DNA from: Rotaria socialis
Taxonomy: Eukaryota
Length of the DNA: 36,379 nucleotides
NCBI GenBank assembly: GCA_905331295.1
Contig: CAJNYD010000011.1
Coordinates: 305,114-341,492, forward strand
Direction of reading: 5' to 3'
The translations under genes and the position numbers were made by a program. Below, in pieces: positions 1-13,100 of this stretch (positions are counted from its first letter, which is position 1; every line of letters begins with the position of its first letter). The notes under the pieces are model-generated. The model did no database searches and was not told where the DNA came from. It saw only the letters and a program-made list of their open reading frames with translations.

Positions 1-120
1 AGAATATATTTATTCTTCTATTGAAATAGATAATCATATATAATTAAATATTTTCAATAAACACTTGTTTTTCTCTCAGTAAAAGCAAAAAATCAGATAA
101 CAGGAAAACAAAAACAAAAA

Positions 121-2910
121 TTACACAAATGAGTCGGAATTATCAACTGAATCCAATTTTTCATCAACGTCTATCGCTGTATTATTATCGAGCACTGCAG
201 TTGCTAAAACTGCAGGTGATGAAAGACGTCGTTCACGTCGACGATGAATTCCAACACACGATTTTGTTGAGGATAATTTTATTGTATAAATCGATGCCGC
301 CAAATTAGGTGTTATGGCAGTTAATGATTCAGTCGAATGAGAATTATTATTATTTTTATTTAAATGTGATTGATGAAGATATTGATATTGCGAAACATTA
401 CCATAATAATAATCATATGGAGAATCGTAATAAGGCTTAAATGAGAAAAATACAGTTACAAAGTCAATTTTCAATTCTTTCGAAATAAAAAAAAAAGTCA
501 TATTTACCATCATAGACGCTTCAGATTTATTGGGTTTATCTAAAGAGAAAAAGAAAAATCAAAAGATTAATAGAATATTAATGAATAATTAAGTAATTAT
601 TAACTCATGCATATTCATGCGCTATAAATATATTTATTCCCATAGTTAGTCTACCTTTCGAGCGTGCTACTCCTTCACCATCACCACCTTTATTATAATG
701 ACGATAAGATATAGCCGAGTCAGTTACTGATTTTATTGGCTTTGTACTTGTCGGTATTGGTGGTGCTTTGGTGTTAGCTGCTGGTTTTGCTGTTAGACCA
801 GTCGACATTAACATCATTTGATTAGCTATCGAACGTTGACTATTATTATTATTATTACTATTAGTAGTATTTGCTTTTGGTCGATGTTTTTTAACATCAC
901 TATTAGAACGTTTAGTTGTCGTTCCGGATGTAGCAGCAGTGGCACTATTGGGTGATGCTTTTATTTTATTACCTTTATTTGCTGAAGATGCTCTACTGTT
1001 GACACGAGATTGAGTAGTAGTAGTAGCATTATTATTAGGACGAGTTTTTTTCGATGGCGAATGTTTTTTTGGCGATGCAAGAACTTTTGAATTTGTTGGA
1101 ATTGGAGGCAAATTGTTAACTGGTACTGGCGAATTGGGTTGGACAATAGATTGTTGTGACGCTAACAAAAACAAGTCATACATTTTTTTCTATTCAATAG
1201 AAACAAGTTAATTTCTTTCATGGTGTAAAGGAATCTATATGAAGTCGCTTTATTTTAATCGCAATTTTTGCGAAGAATTTCAATTCAAATGCAAGATGCT
1301 TATTTTTTGTTCTGGGCTAAATCTGTGCGATCTATTATTTTAAATATAGAACAACAACAAAAAATTATGCATTTTGAACAAGAAATTTTCCTCAGTTCCT
1401 TTTTTCTTGAAAATCCTCTTGGAAATTTGAATGAATTCATCTAGTAGATATGACCAATACTTTAATCGTACGGATAATGTCTCCTCTCTGTAGATAAAAT
1501 ATCTTAAATTCTTTCATGGATATTTACTATCATTATCATAATGTTCGAAATCATCTTGCCATTTGACTTTGTTTGTTGTATTCACTGTTGGCGGTCGTTT
1601 TTCTGATGTTTCATTGACTTTTGTATGATGTGATGGACGTTGTACACGAAGTATAACCTAAAAGAATAACATTAATTTAGTATCGTTTCGAGTAGCATCG
1701 TCAACATACCGGATATGGTGATGCATAACTAAGTATCGTTAATGCATCTTCATAAACGATTGATTCAAAACATACGGTTAATGCCATGATACGATCCCCT
1801 TATTGATACAAAAGAATATCATAATGCAAGAATATAAAAATCAAAAACCTGTTTTTAATTGATCCGATGATTTTGGTTTTATTATGCCTTGTGGTGGTGC
1901 TCCTTTATCAATTATTTCTTTAACAAATATACCTGCACGCATATTTCCTGTTATACTAAAATTAAGACCACTGAATGTTGGATCTAATAATGGAATATCA
2001 AGCGTTTCCGAATCCTAGTGTAGTTTTAGAAAAAAAAAACATTTAAAAAATACAAGTATTACTAAACACAAAAACGAACTTTCTCCATATTCACTGAACG
2101 AAATGAACATGAAATACGATTCAACCAATCAACTCGATTATAGTGACCGTTGACACTCGCGGTTTGCGATTGACGAAAAGGAAATGTGCCAAACTAAAAC
2201 AAGATATGATTATCTACTTTATAAATTAAAATGTAAACTTCTTCTCGCAATAGAGAATTCTTTTCAATTAGACATAAGATAAAGTTTAGGTTTTTTAAAA
2301 CGATGAACATAAATATTCTTAATGAGATGTAAAACAAGATTTTGTATTTGCGGACAAGATTCTATTAGTTACAGTTCAATAAAATACATACATACTTTAC
2401 AATCAGTAACATCTATTGGTAATTGAACAGCACTATTATCTAGTAAAAACAAAAGTAAATATTTATATCAATGATTACATATTACATAAAACCAACCCTC
2501 ATCATCATCATGATATTGCCTTTTACTTTGTTGCTTATGATTAGAATTCGCAGAAGAAGGAATACTATGCAGATGCTGTCTATTTGCTATTCTACGGCTT
2601 TCATATAAATGCATATAATGTAATTCTATCGAAAACAACAGAAAACTATTTTAATCAATAAAATTAAATAGAAAAAACCTCTTAATTTCGGTCGTATATA
2701 AATTAACCATGTAAGAAATCCTATAAAAGTGCACATGATTAAAGTGCCAATAATTGAACCAGCTAAAGCTCCATTTGATACACACGGATCGAATTTATTT
2801 GATTTTGGTATAGCAGGAGTTGTTACTCCTGCTGCAAGCTCAAGAAAAGGATCAGCTAAAAAACCTCCACCACCAAATGGATTTTGTGTTCGACTTAAAT
2901 CAAATGACAT
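121..2910 (-). CDS. Single-pass membrane protein with periaxin/AHNAK-like PDZ domain and long low-complexity tail (~585 aa, 10 exons)
   Basis: Phase-consistent GT-AG exons: 2910-2679, 2625-2497, 2439-2396, 2193-2080, 2014-1849, 1798-1710, 1657-1528, 1161-655, 539-508, 435-121 (1758 nt). TM segment ALAGSIIGTLIMCTFIGFLTWLIYI is followed by RPKLR. The PDZ-like part is SGLNFSITGNMRAGIFVKEII...LKTGDRIMALTVCFESIVYEDALTILSYASPYPVILRVQR. The protein ends DSFV. The 1528-1161 join is the least certain. Confidence 0.8.
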
Positions 2911-5900
2911 AATCATAAAATATAATCACCAACATATTCTTTTGTTGATGTCACTATGTGACATATACTACATGAATCGAACTATAATGATGCACAATAG
3001 AAAAAAATCAATTTTAGAAAAACAAGGAAAATTTTACTTGGAATTGAAAATGAAATAGATTTAAAAAAGACAACACCATGTGTTAATTCACACGGCTTTT
3101 TTCAATGTAATAGAGAACAAAACGAAAAGAAGAAGCAAGCGGCCGAGTCAGTTGGCTTATCAAATCGGAGAAAGACCGTCTAATGAGCAAACGAGCAAAA
3201 AAGACAAGTCAATATTGCACGATCGGGTCTAAACAACGGTAATTAAAATAAATGACATTCTTTCTATCTCTTACTGTCATTCGTTGCCCGACAGCTTACA
3301 TAATAATAGACACTTAATTTTACTGTAATAGGATCTTTTGTCTACTCTATATACTTGTTTATCGATTCTTTTTCTTTCGTCGATCTACTGTTGTCATAAG
3401 TAAATGTTATTTTTGTTGCATTCAACAGGATAACTAATGTAGTTCAACAGTGCTAATACAAAATCTTTACACTTAATGCTATTCGTTAAGGTTTTTTTTC
3501 AAAAGAAACGATGTCTTTGGATAATTGTATTTAATTCGAGTAAGAAGGCAAGCCCATCGAGAACAATCCCCTCAAATTACATAGCTATTTGATTGATGAA
3601 TGACTTAATCATAGAGAAATATATAGATAAATCTACGAATACTTTGTTTTTCATCAAATACTGACACCCACACCCAAAAATAGATCATTCACATGGTGTA
3701 TAACAGACAAAAAAAAAATTTAATCCCAATGCCCGAATCTAATTAAGTATAAAAATAAAATATTGCATATTGTTATTTACAATATCTTATTTGGTCATCA
3801 AGAAAAAAGCAACAATAAATTTTTTTCTGATTGTAGGAAAGATTGTTCTTGCAGTTCACCAATGTACATTAGTGGACTTAGTGACAAACTTTTCTTGGTG
3901 TTTTATTTTGCATCCGTTTCCAGTAGATCAACATATATCATGTTAACCACAGAATAGAATGCACTACTGATACCCAGAATCGAACAACTGACCAATGAAC
4001 TGAGAAGAACTAAACCCATTCGAACAAACGTTTATTTCATATGAGCAAGTGGCCGAATGATTCGGTGAAACACTAATTTAAATCGGCATCTTGCATGTCT
4101 ATTGTAAAGTTCCTCATCATATTTTTGAGTCTTATTTATTCGGTTTGTTGCACTTATTTCAAATTCACACATAACCCTTTATTGCTCGTTCCTATTAAAA
4201 AAACGACCAATGCAATACAATACAATACAATTACTTACTATTATAGAAGTAATGGCCAGTTTATAACCGAACAAAGCATGTCTATCAGATAGAACTGATA
4301 CTACAAATGTAACAAAAGTCGAAATGCATTCAACTGCATTACTTAGCTACTAGGGTTAATTCAATAGTTTTAATTAGAAAGATGGAAACTGCCGATCGAT
4401 TATGTCTACCGCTAATATTTAATAGTTCTGATAAAAAAGAAACGAAAAAAGTGTTAGACTAAGCTTGATCAGCAATGAAGTTCGATGCATTGCAAATGTA
4501 ATCATGACTCTTGAAGAATCTTTCTCTAAATGTGAACTACGAAGAAGAAAAAAAACATATTTAATCAACTAGACAGAAAAAATCATTGAATATATGAGTG
4601 TAATACCCAATATTTTTAGAATACAAGGTTTTTTTTTAATATATAAAGTAACGTTTGAAATGGATTGGCACATAATCTAGCGAGTAAAAAGACTACTAAT
4701 TAAAATTAATCATTACTCTACCGAAAAATAACTGTATTTCACGTACATTTTAGTTGTTCTTATCTGCAATCATGATATGATTTTCCTGCTCTGATAAAGC
4801 TATTGGCAGATGTGATTTTAAACTTCAGCAGGATACATAATTACTTGTTAATGTGCAGACATGTAATACCTGCTATAATAACAACAGAATCCCTGGAAGA
4901 GTTAAACTTGACCTTCACAGAAGTGCTCTACTTTATGTCTATAGTGAATGAAATAAAAAATTCGATGAACTTTCGTTTGAATAAGAAGTAAATGGACTCA
5001 AGAAATATTTGTGTATGAATTTTAAACTTGATCAAAAGATTTTCCGAAGATCTGATTTCTGTTGTTAATGAATTTAATAAGCCCTAGTTCGAACTTAGTT
5101 TTTGGTGTTAGTCAACATTATAATAGTAGAGAATATGATATTGATATTGTCGTTTTAATTGATCTTGATAATTCTCACGCGTTATCTATATTAATAATAT
5201 TGTATAATTGACGTTGAGAAACTTCCTTTCGTGCTTTATTCTATGAAAATTGTCATCACGGATGACTTTTATTTTTATATTGAGAACAATGTCTGCAAGT
5301 AAAGTCGATACTCTTATGAAGAATTCAGCGCTTCTCTTGTTTACTATTTAGATTAAATTCTTTTTGAACTGCTAAAACAAGACGCTTTGAGCGCGATGTA
5401 TCTAGCAACCTAAAAACATATTTCTTTAAAAATCACTTTGCCTTTGGATTTGTCACGCGCCGTTTTACATCTTAGCAGACATACGATAAAAAGGAATGAA
5501 ATACATGTAGGTTCAACAAGTTTCTGATAGTTTACTACGAATTTATATAAAGAACTGTATCAACCATCAAATTTACTATAATCTCAACCACCATTCTATT
5601 TTTAGAATAGAGAAAATAAATTATTTTCAGCATACTATTATACGGAGAGTTTACGGAAGGACGCATGTTCAATTAAAAGTATAAATATAAATGAATCGTA
5701 CTGAATTCTACGCAATGAATCAAAATTCTTTTTTTTTAAACATGAGATAAAAATTTCGATGAAATATTCGAACAATGGAGAATTTTAAGTCTTCATGTGT
5801 GCTCAAGGCAGCAACATTGTCTTTTTTTATTAAATTATCTATCTATTCGCATTCATTAAAAAGTAGATAATAATCACCTTCAATCTGTCATATCATCACA

Positions 5901-6255
5901 ATCAAAAGTTTACTACCATCTTGACTTAATTCTATTCGAAAACATAAGTGCTTGGATCTTTCTTCAACTTTTACTGCTTAATTCAGAAATTAATAATCAT
6001 AGATCTAAAGTCACGTGTACTTTCGCATGCTAAATTCTTTGCTCGACTCAATTACCCTGATATAATAAAACACGAAAACATTTTTTTTCTCTTTCCTTTC
6101 TACAGTTGGATAGAATAGATATTCGATAGAGAAGAAACTACGAAATTATCTTACTATTATTGCGTACTTACTGACATAACTAAAATAAAACGTAAAATAA
6201 CATGAATTCTTTCTATTTCAGAACCTATAACTGCTACTATACGTATTTCTACTAG

Positions 6256-7206
6256 ATGTCTTCAAGTGAAGACAGTGCAAATGCCGATCAAGTTGTTACT
6301 ATTCGAGCAGGCGCTATTGGTAAAAATCCACATAGTAATCTTGATCCAAAAGGTAGATTGTTTTTTCTTGATAGGAAATACAATACAGAAGTTTTCAATG
6401 CTTAAAATCTCAAGAAAATTTTTCTGTTGTTCGCCAGAGCCACTGAGGATTTTTTGTATAATGTAATATTAATTGATTTTATATTTAGTTGCTCAGACCA
6501 AGGCTGATTTAAATAATCATGCCAATCAACTCAACCCAAACAATCCAAGATATGCTGGTCATCAAGAGCGACTTGCCGCTGCTGCAGCTAGTCATGAAGC
6601 AGCAATTCTACACGAACAAGCTAAAGCTGCATATCAATATGCTGCGCAAATAGAAGCTGGTATATGCCTGTTAATATGTTAAAAACCTATATAATTAGAA
6701 CTTTATTATTTGTAGCTGCTATGAAAGCTCAAACAGTTGCAATTGAGTTGCATCGGGAAGCTGCGCTCTGTGCACAACATGCACGCACGGGTTTGAATGC
6801 TAGTAGAGGTATACTCACTTTCTTTTTTCATTTTTAAATCTTTAGTAGCCATTTTGTATCATAGGTGGCCGAGGACGCAACCACAGACATGGCAAGTCTT
6901 AAATTTAGTTTCTTTGTATATAATTTACTTCTATGTAAAGGTCGAGGCCATCGACGAGTCGGCCATATTGTTGCTGGTCAAGATAGGCAAGAAAATAAAT
7001 GTAATCAAGAGCGTCATGAAGATGGAGAGCATGAGAATCATGGATATGACGCAGAAGATCGCGAAGACGGTAAATAGAAGAAAAAAACGATCGGTATTTT
7101 TCATTTTACAATTTCTATTTTTCGCGCAGAACATGATCACCAGCAAAATGCGGCCGATAATAATCAGCAATTACCTCAACAGCAAATGAATCAATCATAC
7201 AATTGA
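6256..7206 (+). CDS. Hydrophilic, likely disordered 197-aa protein (NHANQLNPNN motif, Ala-rich helix, RG/His-rich and acidic tail)
   Basis: Exons 6256-6352, 6489-6659, 6716-6808, 6865-6891, 6941-7069, 7130-7206 total 594 nt, open from ATG to TGA. Intron 6892-6940 is GC-AG. Translation: MSSSEDSANADQVV...ADLNNHANQLNPNNPRYAGHQERLAAAAASHEAA...GGRGRNHRHGRGHRRVGH...QQMNQSYN. Confidence 0.8.
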
Positions 7207-7695
7207 TATGTTCATCAATAACTGTTGACATGAATGCTTTTCACTTGTTACTATTACGTAAATTCAGTGATAATCGAGCAGAATTCTAGCTTTTGTAGCA
7301 TGTTGTTTATTTATCGATTACTTATCGTTGTTGATTAAACATGACTTTTTAATAGCAATTTGGATTCAAGTTCTTTAGGCAAAACACCCATAGATAAACT
7401 CAATCTTTATCGGTAGGACAGAACGGTTTAATATATCCGTAGAGTTGCTGTAAATCAAGCTTGTCATCATTAATGTCAAGGCTTTATTGACCCTGGCTTA
7501 GAATCGTTTTTGTTGAACGAAAAATCAACGCAGTATTGCTATAGAAGAAAAATAATTATAATGTAAATTCAGATCATTCCCTAGTAGATTATTTCCATGT
7601 TCGAACATTGAAATTGTCTCACAATAGTCCAGAAACTCAAGATTAGTAATTATGTGTTTGACTTCTTAGTATTATTTTTATTTTGAAAATCAAAA

Positions 7696-8970
7696 TTAAA
7701 ATTTTGGCATATCTTTTTCAGTATGATTTTCAGAGCGAAAAAAATCCTTTCGATGCTTGTAGTATTGAGCAAGTCGAATTTTACCATAATTAACATAGTC
7801 AAATGTCGATGTAGGCTCTGTAAGTAATGCTTGTAAAAATGCCCATAGAGCCCAATAAAGATGAATGGGTGCGATCAGTGAATCGCATAAATAGCATAAA
7901 TATTCTAGCTCAGAATCGTTCGGCTGATATTGATTATAGATTATCGTTGACAAATTCAATTTTGAATATTTAAGATATTGAATGAGAAATGATTTTTGTA
8001 AGGGACGTCCCGGATATTTCGTATCATAATTATCTTTTGCTATTGCGAGAAAATATGAAACAATATCAATAAGATAATAATTATGTGAACAGTGATCAAA
8101 GTCAATAATTGATACAGATTGATCTTTTATATCGCATATAAAATTATTTATTTTCATATTATTAATACATAATACAGTAGGAATCTTGAGCGAGGACCAA
8201 TTATTGTCAAAAATCAATTTCATACGATCAATATCATCGGAAATTTCAGTCCACGAAGTATCTCTTAATCTTAATTCAAGTTCAACCAATGTCAATGGAA
8301 ATACCGGAGGCTTATTGAAACCAATAGCTGTTTTTAATGATTTGAAAACACTTTTACTATTTTGACTATTGGAATTTTCATTTTCTTTCTTCGTTTTGAG
8401 AAGACGATCATGTAAGGCTAAATTTTTACTAGTAAATAAATCAATAAAATGCATTAATTTATCGGGTAGTTGTGGGCCATGAAATCTTATTGGAATTGAA
8501 TGTAATTTAGCCATTTTTTGAGCAATTAATTCACTAAAAATAAATAATAGCAACAATCGATAAAATACTTTTAGGTGAAAAACTCACTGTGTTCGTTGTT
8601 CTCTTATATCAAGTATCTTCCCTTGAATATAACTAGAAAAATATCCATTAGTAAATGTTAATAAAATATGTGGCGCTTGCTGATGTTGAGCTAAATGAGT
8701 GAGTAAACGAAGTTGCTCTTGATGATCAGTGCATACATCTGAATTTGTTGGATAAATTCTAAGAATCACACTAGACTCTTCATCTTCATTGTCTTTTAAA
8801 AATACAACATAACGAACAAGATGATCGTCGTTATTTAAATTTTTGAAAACTAATTTATTTGTTGTCCATCTTTGTTTAATCGAACAAATAAGACGGCCAG
8901 CAATTTCTAAAGAATTAACATCAACTATAACTGCCTCATATGGGATAGTAGTTTTAGCTGATGCAGACAT
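7696..8970 (-). CDS. Choline/ethanolamine kinase family protein, predicted catalytically degenerate (406 aa, 2 exons)
   Basis: Exons 8970-8588 and 8533-7696 join in frame across a GTGAG...TTTAG intron. Family-like motifs: LRIY, FTNGYFSSYIQG, IAQKMAKLH, IIDFDHCSHNY..IDI, HLYWALWAFLQA...FDYVNYGKIRLAQY. The Brenner motif position reads LCINNMKINNF. Confidence 0.85.
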
Positions 8971-10169
8971 TGTTTACTGTACGAATGCATGTGTATTTTC
9001 GTATGTAATCGATCAACCGTAGCATAGAAAAGATTAAATAATAGAAACATAAGAATAAACGTCGTGCTTATGCATCTAAAGAGAGAAACTAGTAAAATAA
9101 TCAACGATAATAAATTGACTTCCTACATTCTTCGTTTGATCAACATGAAAATGATCATCAGTATTTTTGACCTTCTAAAAATATTTAATAGCGTATTGAA
9201 AATGTAGTCGATAGAATTCCTATGAAAAACAAGATTAATCATGTATTATATTGAGAAGAATAGAATATGAAAGTATTAGTACGAAAAAAGACAAAATTTG
9301 GTGTTCGAAATGAAAAAACGATCGCTTCATTGACGATGAATTTGTCACTGAATATCATGTTTCAAGGTTTTCATCTCAAATACGAATAAATTCAAATAGA
9401 ATCGAATTGAAAACTGCAGCTTCTTCGCAAAAAAGCAACATTCGATAACTTATTTGACTCAAAATCTGTACCGGGCTACAGTAACCGTTGTTGAATAAGA
9501 ATTTACTTTGTTTTAGCTGGCTCTAGCGTTTCATTTTACTGCTAAAAAAATGAAGAAATGCTTAATATTGTTACCCTCAACATAACTGTACACATCAAAT
9601 GAATTCAATTGAACAAGTGCTCAACAATTTTTCTCTTACACAAAAAATAATTTTAATGGAAAATGAAATTTTTTTTGACTGTTGCACCGAACGTGATGTT
9701 CTCAATTAGGGAAAGATAATTTCAGAATGAAAAACCAATAATAAACAAATCAAATGAGGCATTCTAACTTTTATTATAAGAAAATTTAGCATCCAAAATA
9801 TTTAATATTTTCGTCGATTTCATTCAACAGGACCGAATTTCTTTTTCTGTGTTTGTTTCACTTATGTTTTGTAAAATTTCTTAAACACAAACAAGTCACA
9901 GTTTACACAAAGCTGATCATCAAACATCATACTCTCTTTTGATTGGATTTAATTCCATTGACCATCATAGCAGTTGTACCGTTTGATGTCGATGAAACGA
10001 CAATTTGGTTTTTGTTTTGAGAATAATAATGCACATACTGTCATTCTCGAAGTTTAATGGTAGAAAATGGAGACTGAATGCCTCCGTTTGTTTTCATGCC
10101 TGATTTCGGCGGTCTATAAAACAAAACAAAAAGTATCCATTCGATTATTTGTTTTTGCACAGGATAAAC

Positions 10170-13100
10170 ATGCAATGACTATATTACGTGTTGTATATAT
10201 GTGTAGCAGCGATAGCTATTGGAGCGTCTCACTATCGAGGCGGGTTCTTTACATGGAAACCTGTAAGTTAAACTTTTTAGATTGGGAAAATTATACTCGG
10301 GTCACGTTTTGATGGCACGATTCTTCTAAAGTCAGAATATCACTATGAAATTTTTAATAAAAAGTTGATAAAGTCCGTCATGAAATTCAGTGTATGTTTC
10401 ACTTCTATTTAATAGGAATAGAAATCTACATAAAAAAAGACAACCGAAACTCGTAGAAGTCAGTTAAAATGGCATTTCTTTTATTCTCTTGAATATCTAA
10501 CTTTTTAACTTCGACGATAATTTTCCACTGATGATGATCTTTTTCGACTAACTTATGAAAATCTAATTCGAATCAAGCGAACTATCTCGGAGCCTGTTAA
10601 CTCATTCTCATCATATTCTCTATGGTTTTACTATTATACGTCTATCCGCAGACCCCCTAATCAAAATCCAGTTCCAACATCATTTACTCAACGTCACGCT
10701 TGGCGTCGTAGTTCTTATTTTTGTGATCAAACAACTATTAACAGTAGTGGTTTGATAGGAGTCGGTAGTGTGTGTGTTGTATTGACAGTCAGCGTGGTTC
10801 ATTGGGTTGTCCTGTAAATGCAGCTGTACCATGTACTGATTTTAGTGTTTCACAAGACATGAGTGCTGGTCAATCATCAACAATAATAAACTTTCCTCCA
10901 AACATTATGGTCGCTCTATCGTTCACAGGCGGTGCTTGAGTAGCACTTCAAACAGGAGGTGGCAATTGGGCTGTTACTACACAGATAAAGTATTAAAATT
11001 TAATCAATAAATTTTCTTCGTTGCCGTAAAATATTACTAATGAGACTTAATCTACTCTATTAATCGCTTTATGATAGAAATAAATCTATATTATCACGCT
11101 TGAGGATTTACGTATATCTTCATTTTATATTCAAGCGTGATCTATAAAAAATTAAAGTAAGATTTGCTTGTTAATGAAGATAGTTATGAAAAACAAAGCT
11201 CCCGTGTGTATCAAATATGGGGTTGTTCAGTTAACTAAATTTATAACACTGAAGATATATGTACTTCTGATTTTCTACATACGACAACTGTCAATCTGAC
11301 GCAAAAATTCTGTAGATGACTAGAAGAATTCATGACTAGTTTCGTTTTGAATAATAAAAAAACTGGCAAAACAGATGCAACTGAAGTTCTTTTTTTCTAT
11401 ATGTTAATCGAGTATTTTGTCTAATACAACTACAAAATATTGACGAGGAAATTTTATGGAATTGTATTAAATAGACGAGAGGGAAAAGCCATCTCATAAA
11501 TCAATAGCCATTTAGAATGTGACTGCTTCATATTTTGAATAATCTTCATTAATCTAATGTAATTCTTCTTTGGCGTTCGTAAACAAAGACATCCTAGTTT
11601 TTTTTATCATTAAACTCTCAGTTCAATGCAGCTATTCAGTCATCTAAATCAGTAGATTTAGGAATAAAATTAATGGAAGGAAAAAAAACATAGCTATTAA
11701 AAAATAATGATACTTCGTACAAGTTTAAATAATATTATACTATCAAAAATCACATTGAGTATAAAAATATCTTAGCAATGTCTTTCTACACTTCAGTACC
11801 TGTATGCGACTTGATGGGTACTACAATACTGCACCAACTTCTGCTATTGTTCCTGTCAGATTGCTTCGACAAGGTTTTTTTTTTATATACATGGCTAATA
11901 TCTACTGCTGATACAGATGGTGATACAGTTAAATGTCGATGGGCTAGTGCGACCGTCACAGTACCAAATGGTGTAGTCGCTGATAAATGTGTTGGAATTT
12001 GTAATACTTTTCCTAGAGCAACGCTTATCACAGATAATTGCACGAGTATATCAAGATAGAGGGAAAAAACCTACATCTATTCATTTTCCTATATTTAGTG
12101 TCATACACAGCATCAGCCGTTGGCTTTTGGGCTGTTAGTTTGATGATGGAAGACTATGAATTTACTTGGAAAAAAAACTTCTTGTATGTACTACTGTTAT
12201 CTTGTTGAAACTAGTAGATTGTGTATGTTTGCAGGTCGGCCACATTTTTACAATTTCTGGTTCAAGTCTACACATCGAGTAGTACTTGCATCGTTGGTAA
12301 GCTTTTAACAAAACCTCACTGCAAGTACAATTGAGATTTTAATAATGAAAATAGGACCAGCATACACAGGAAATCATCCAGTTGGTGCTTGTGTTGGTTG
12401 TACAGGTGTAACACTTTTAGATGTGCTCACAGCTTCACCTCCTGGTATTTGAATCTTGCTGATAAATAGTTCATCTTCTCAATTAACAATGCATAGGTAT
12501 GACTCGTGACGTAATCACTCAATTAACCACGAGTGCATTAGTCTATTCAATAACAATGACATGGATACCACCAGCATATGTTTGGAGTGAGTATTTTTTT
12601 CTTAGCCGAAATAAATAATATTATCTTGAATAGAAGATCCTATTTCGCATATAATATTTCCAAAGGATAAATGATATCCCCAAGAATAGAATCTAATTCA
12701 GTCAAAGTTTACTTAGCTAGCACACTATTCGTTGATATCTTGAATTTCAAATCATTTTCGTTATGATTTTTTTCTTTTGGCAAAGTTCCAATCTTGTTTC
12801 TTATACACCTATCGATAGTTTGGGTCAACAAGGTGATACACAATGCGTTACTGATCTTGTTGGTGTTGCTGCACCTGAACTTATCTATACAAGTTATGTT
12901 AATGGCACTACAGTATAGATCTAAATTTGAACGATTGCTTCATTTCTATTCTTCACTTTAATAGTCTCCAGTGGGTACAGTTCTCACTAATCAATCATCA
13001 TGACGTGTTGAATGTACTAAAGCTGTATTTCATTCACCAGTTGTAGTATTTATTCGATTTTTTTTCAACTATCGACTGCCTCACAAGTGTATGCACTTGA

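Noticed and set aside
6797..7189. Overlapping ORFs 6797-7189 (+) and hydrophobic 6931-7170 (-)
   Set aside because: Alternative-frame or antisense shadows of the spliced 6256-7206 gene.
10176..13003. UGA-as-Trp or selenocysteine recoding to explain the repeated TGA stops
   Set aside because: The same locus has frameshifts, and intact neighbouring genes use TGG for Trp and TGA as stop.
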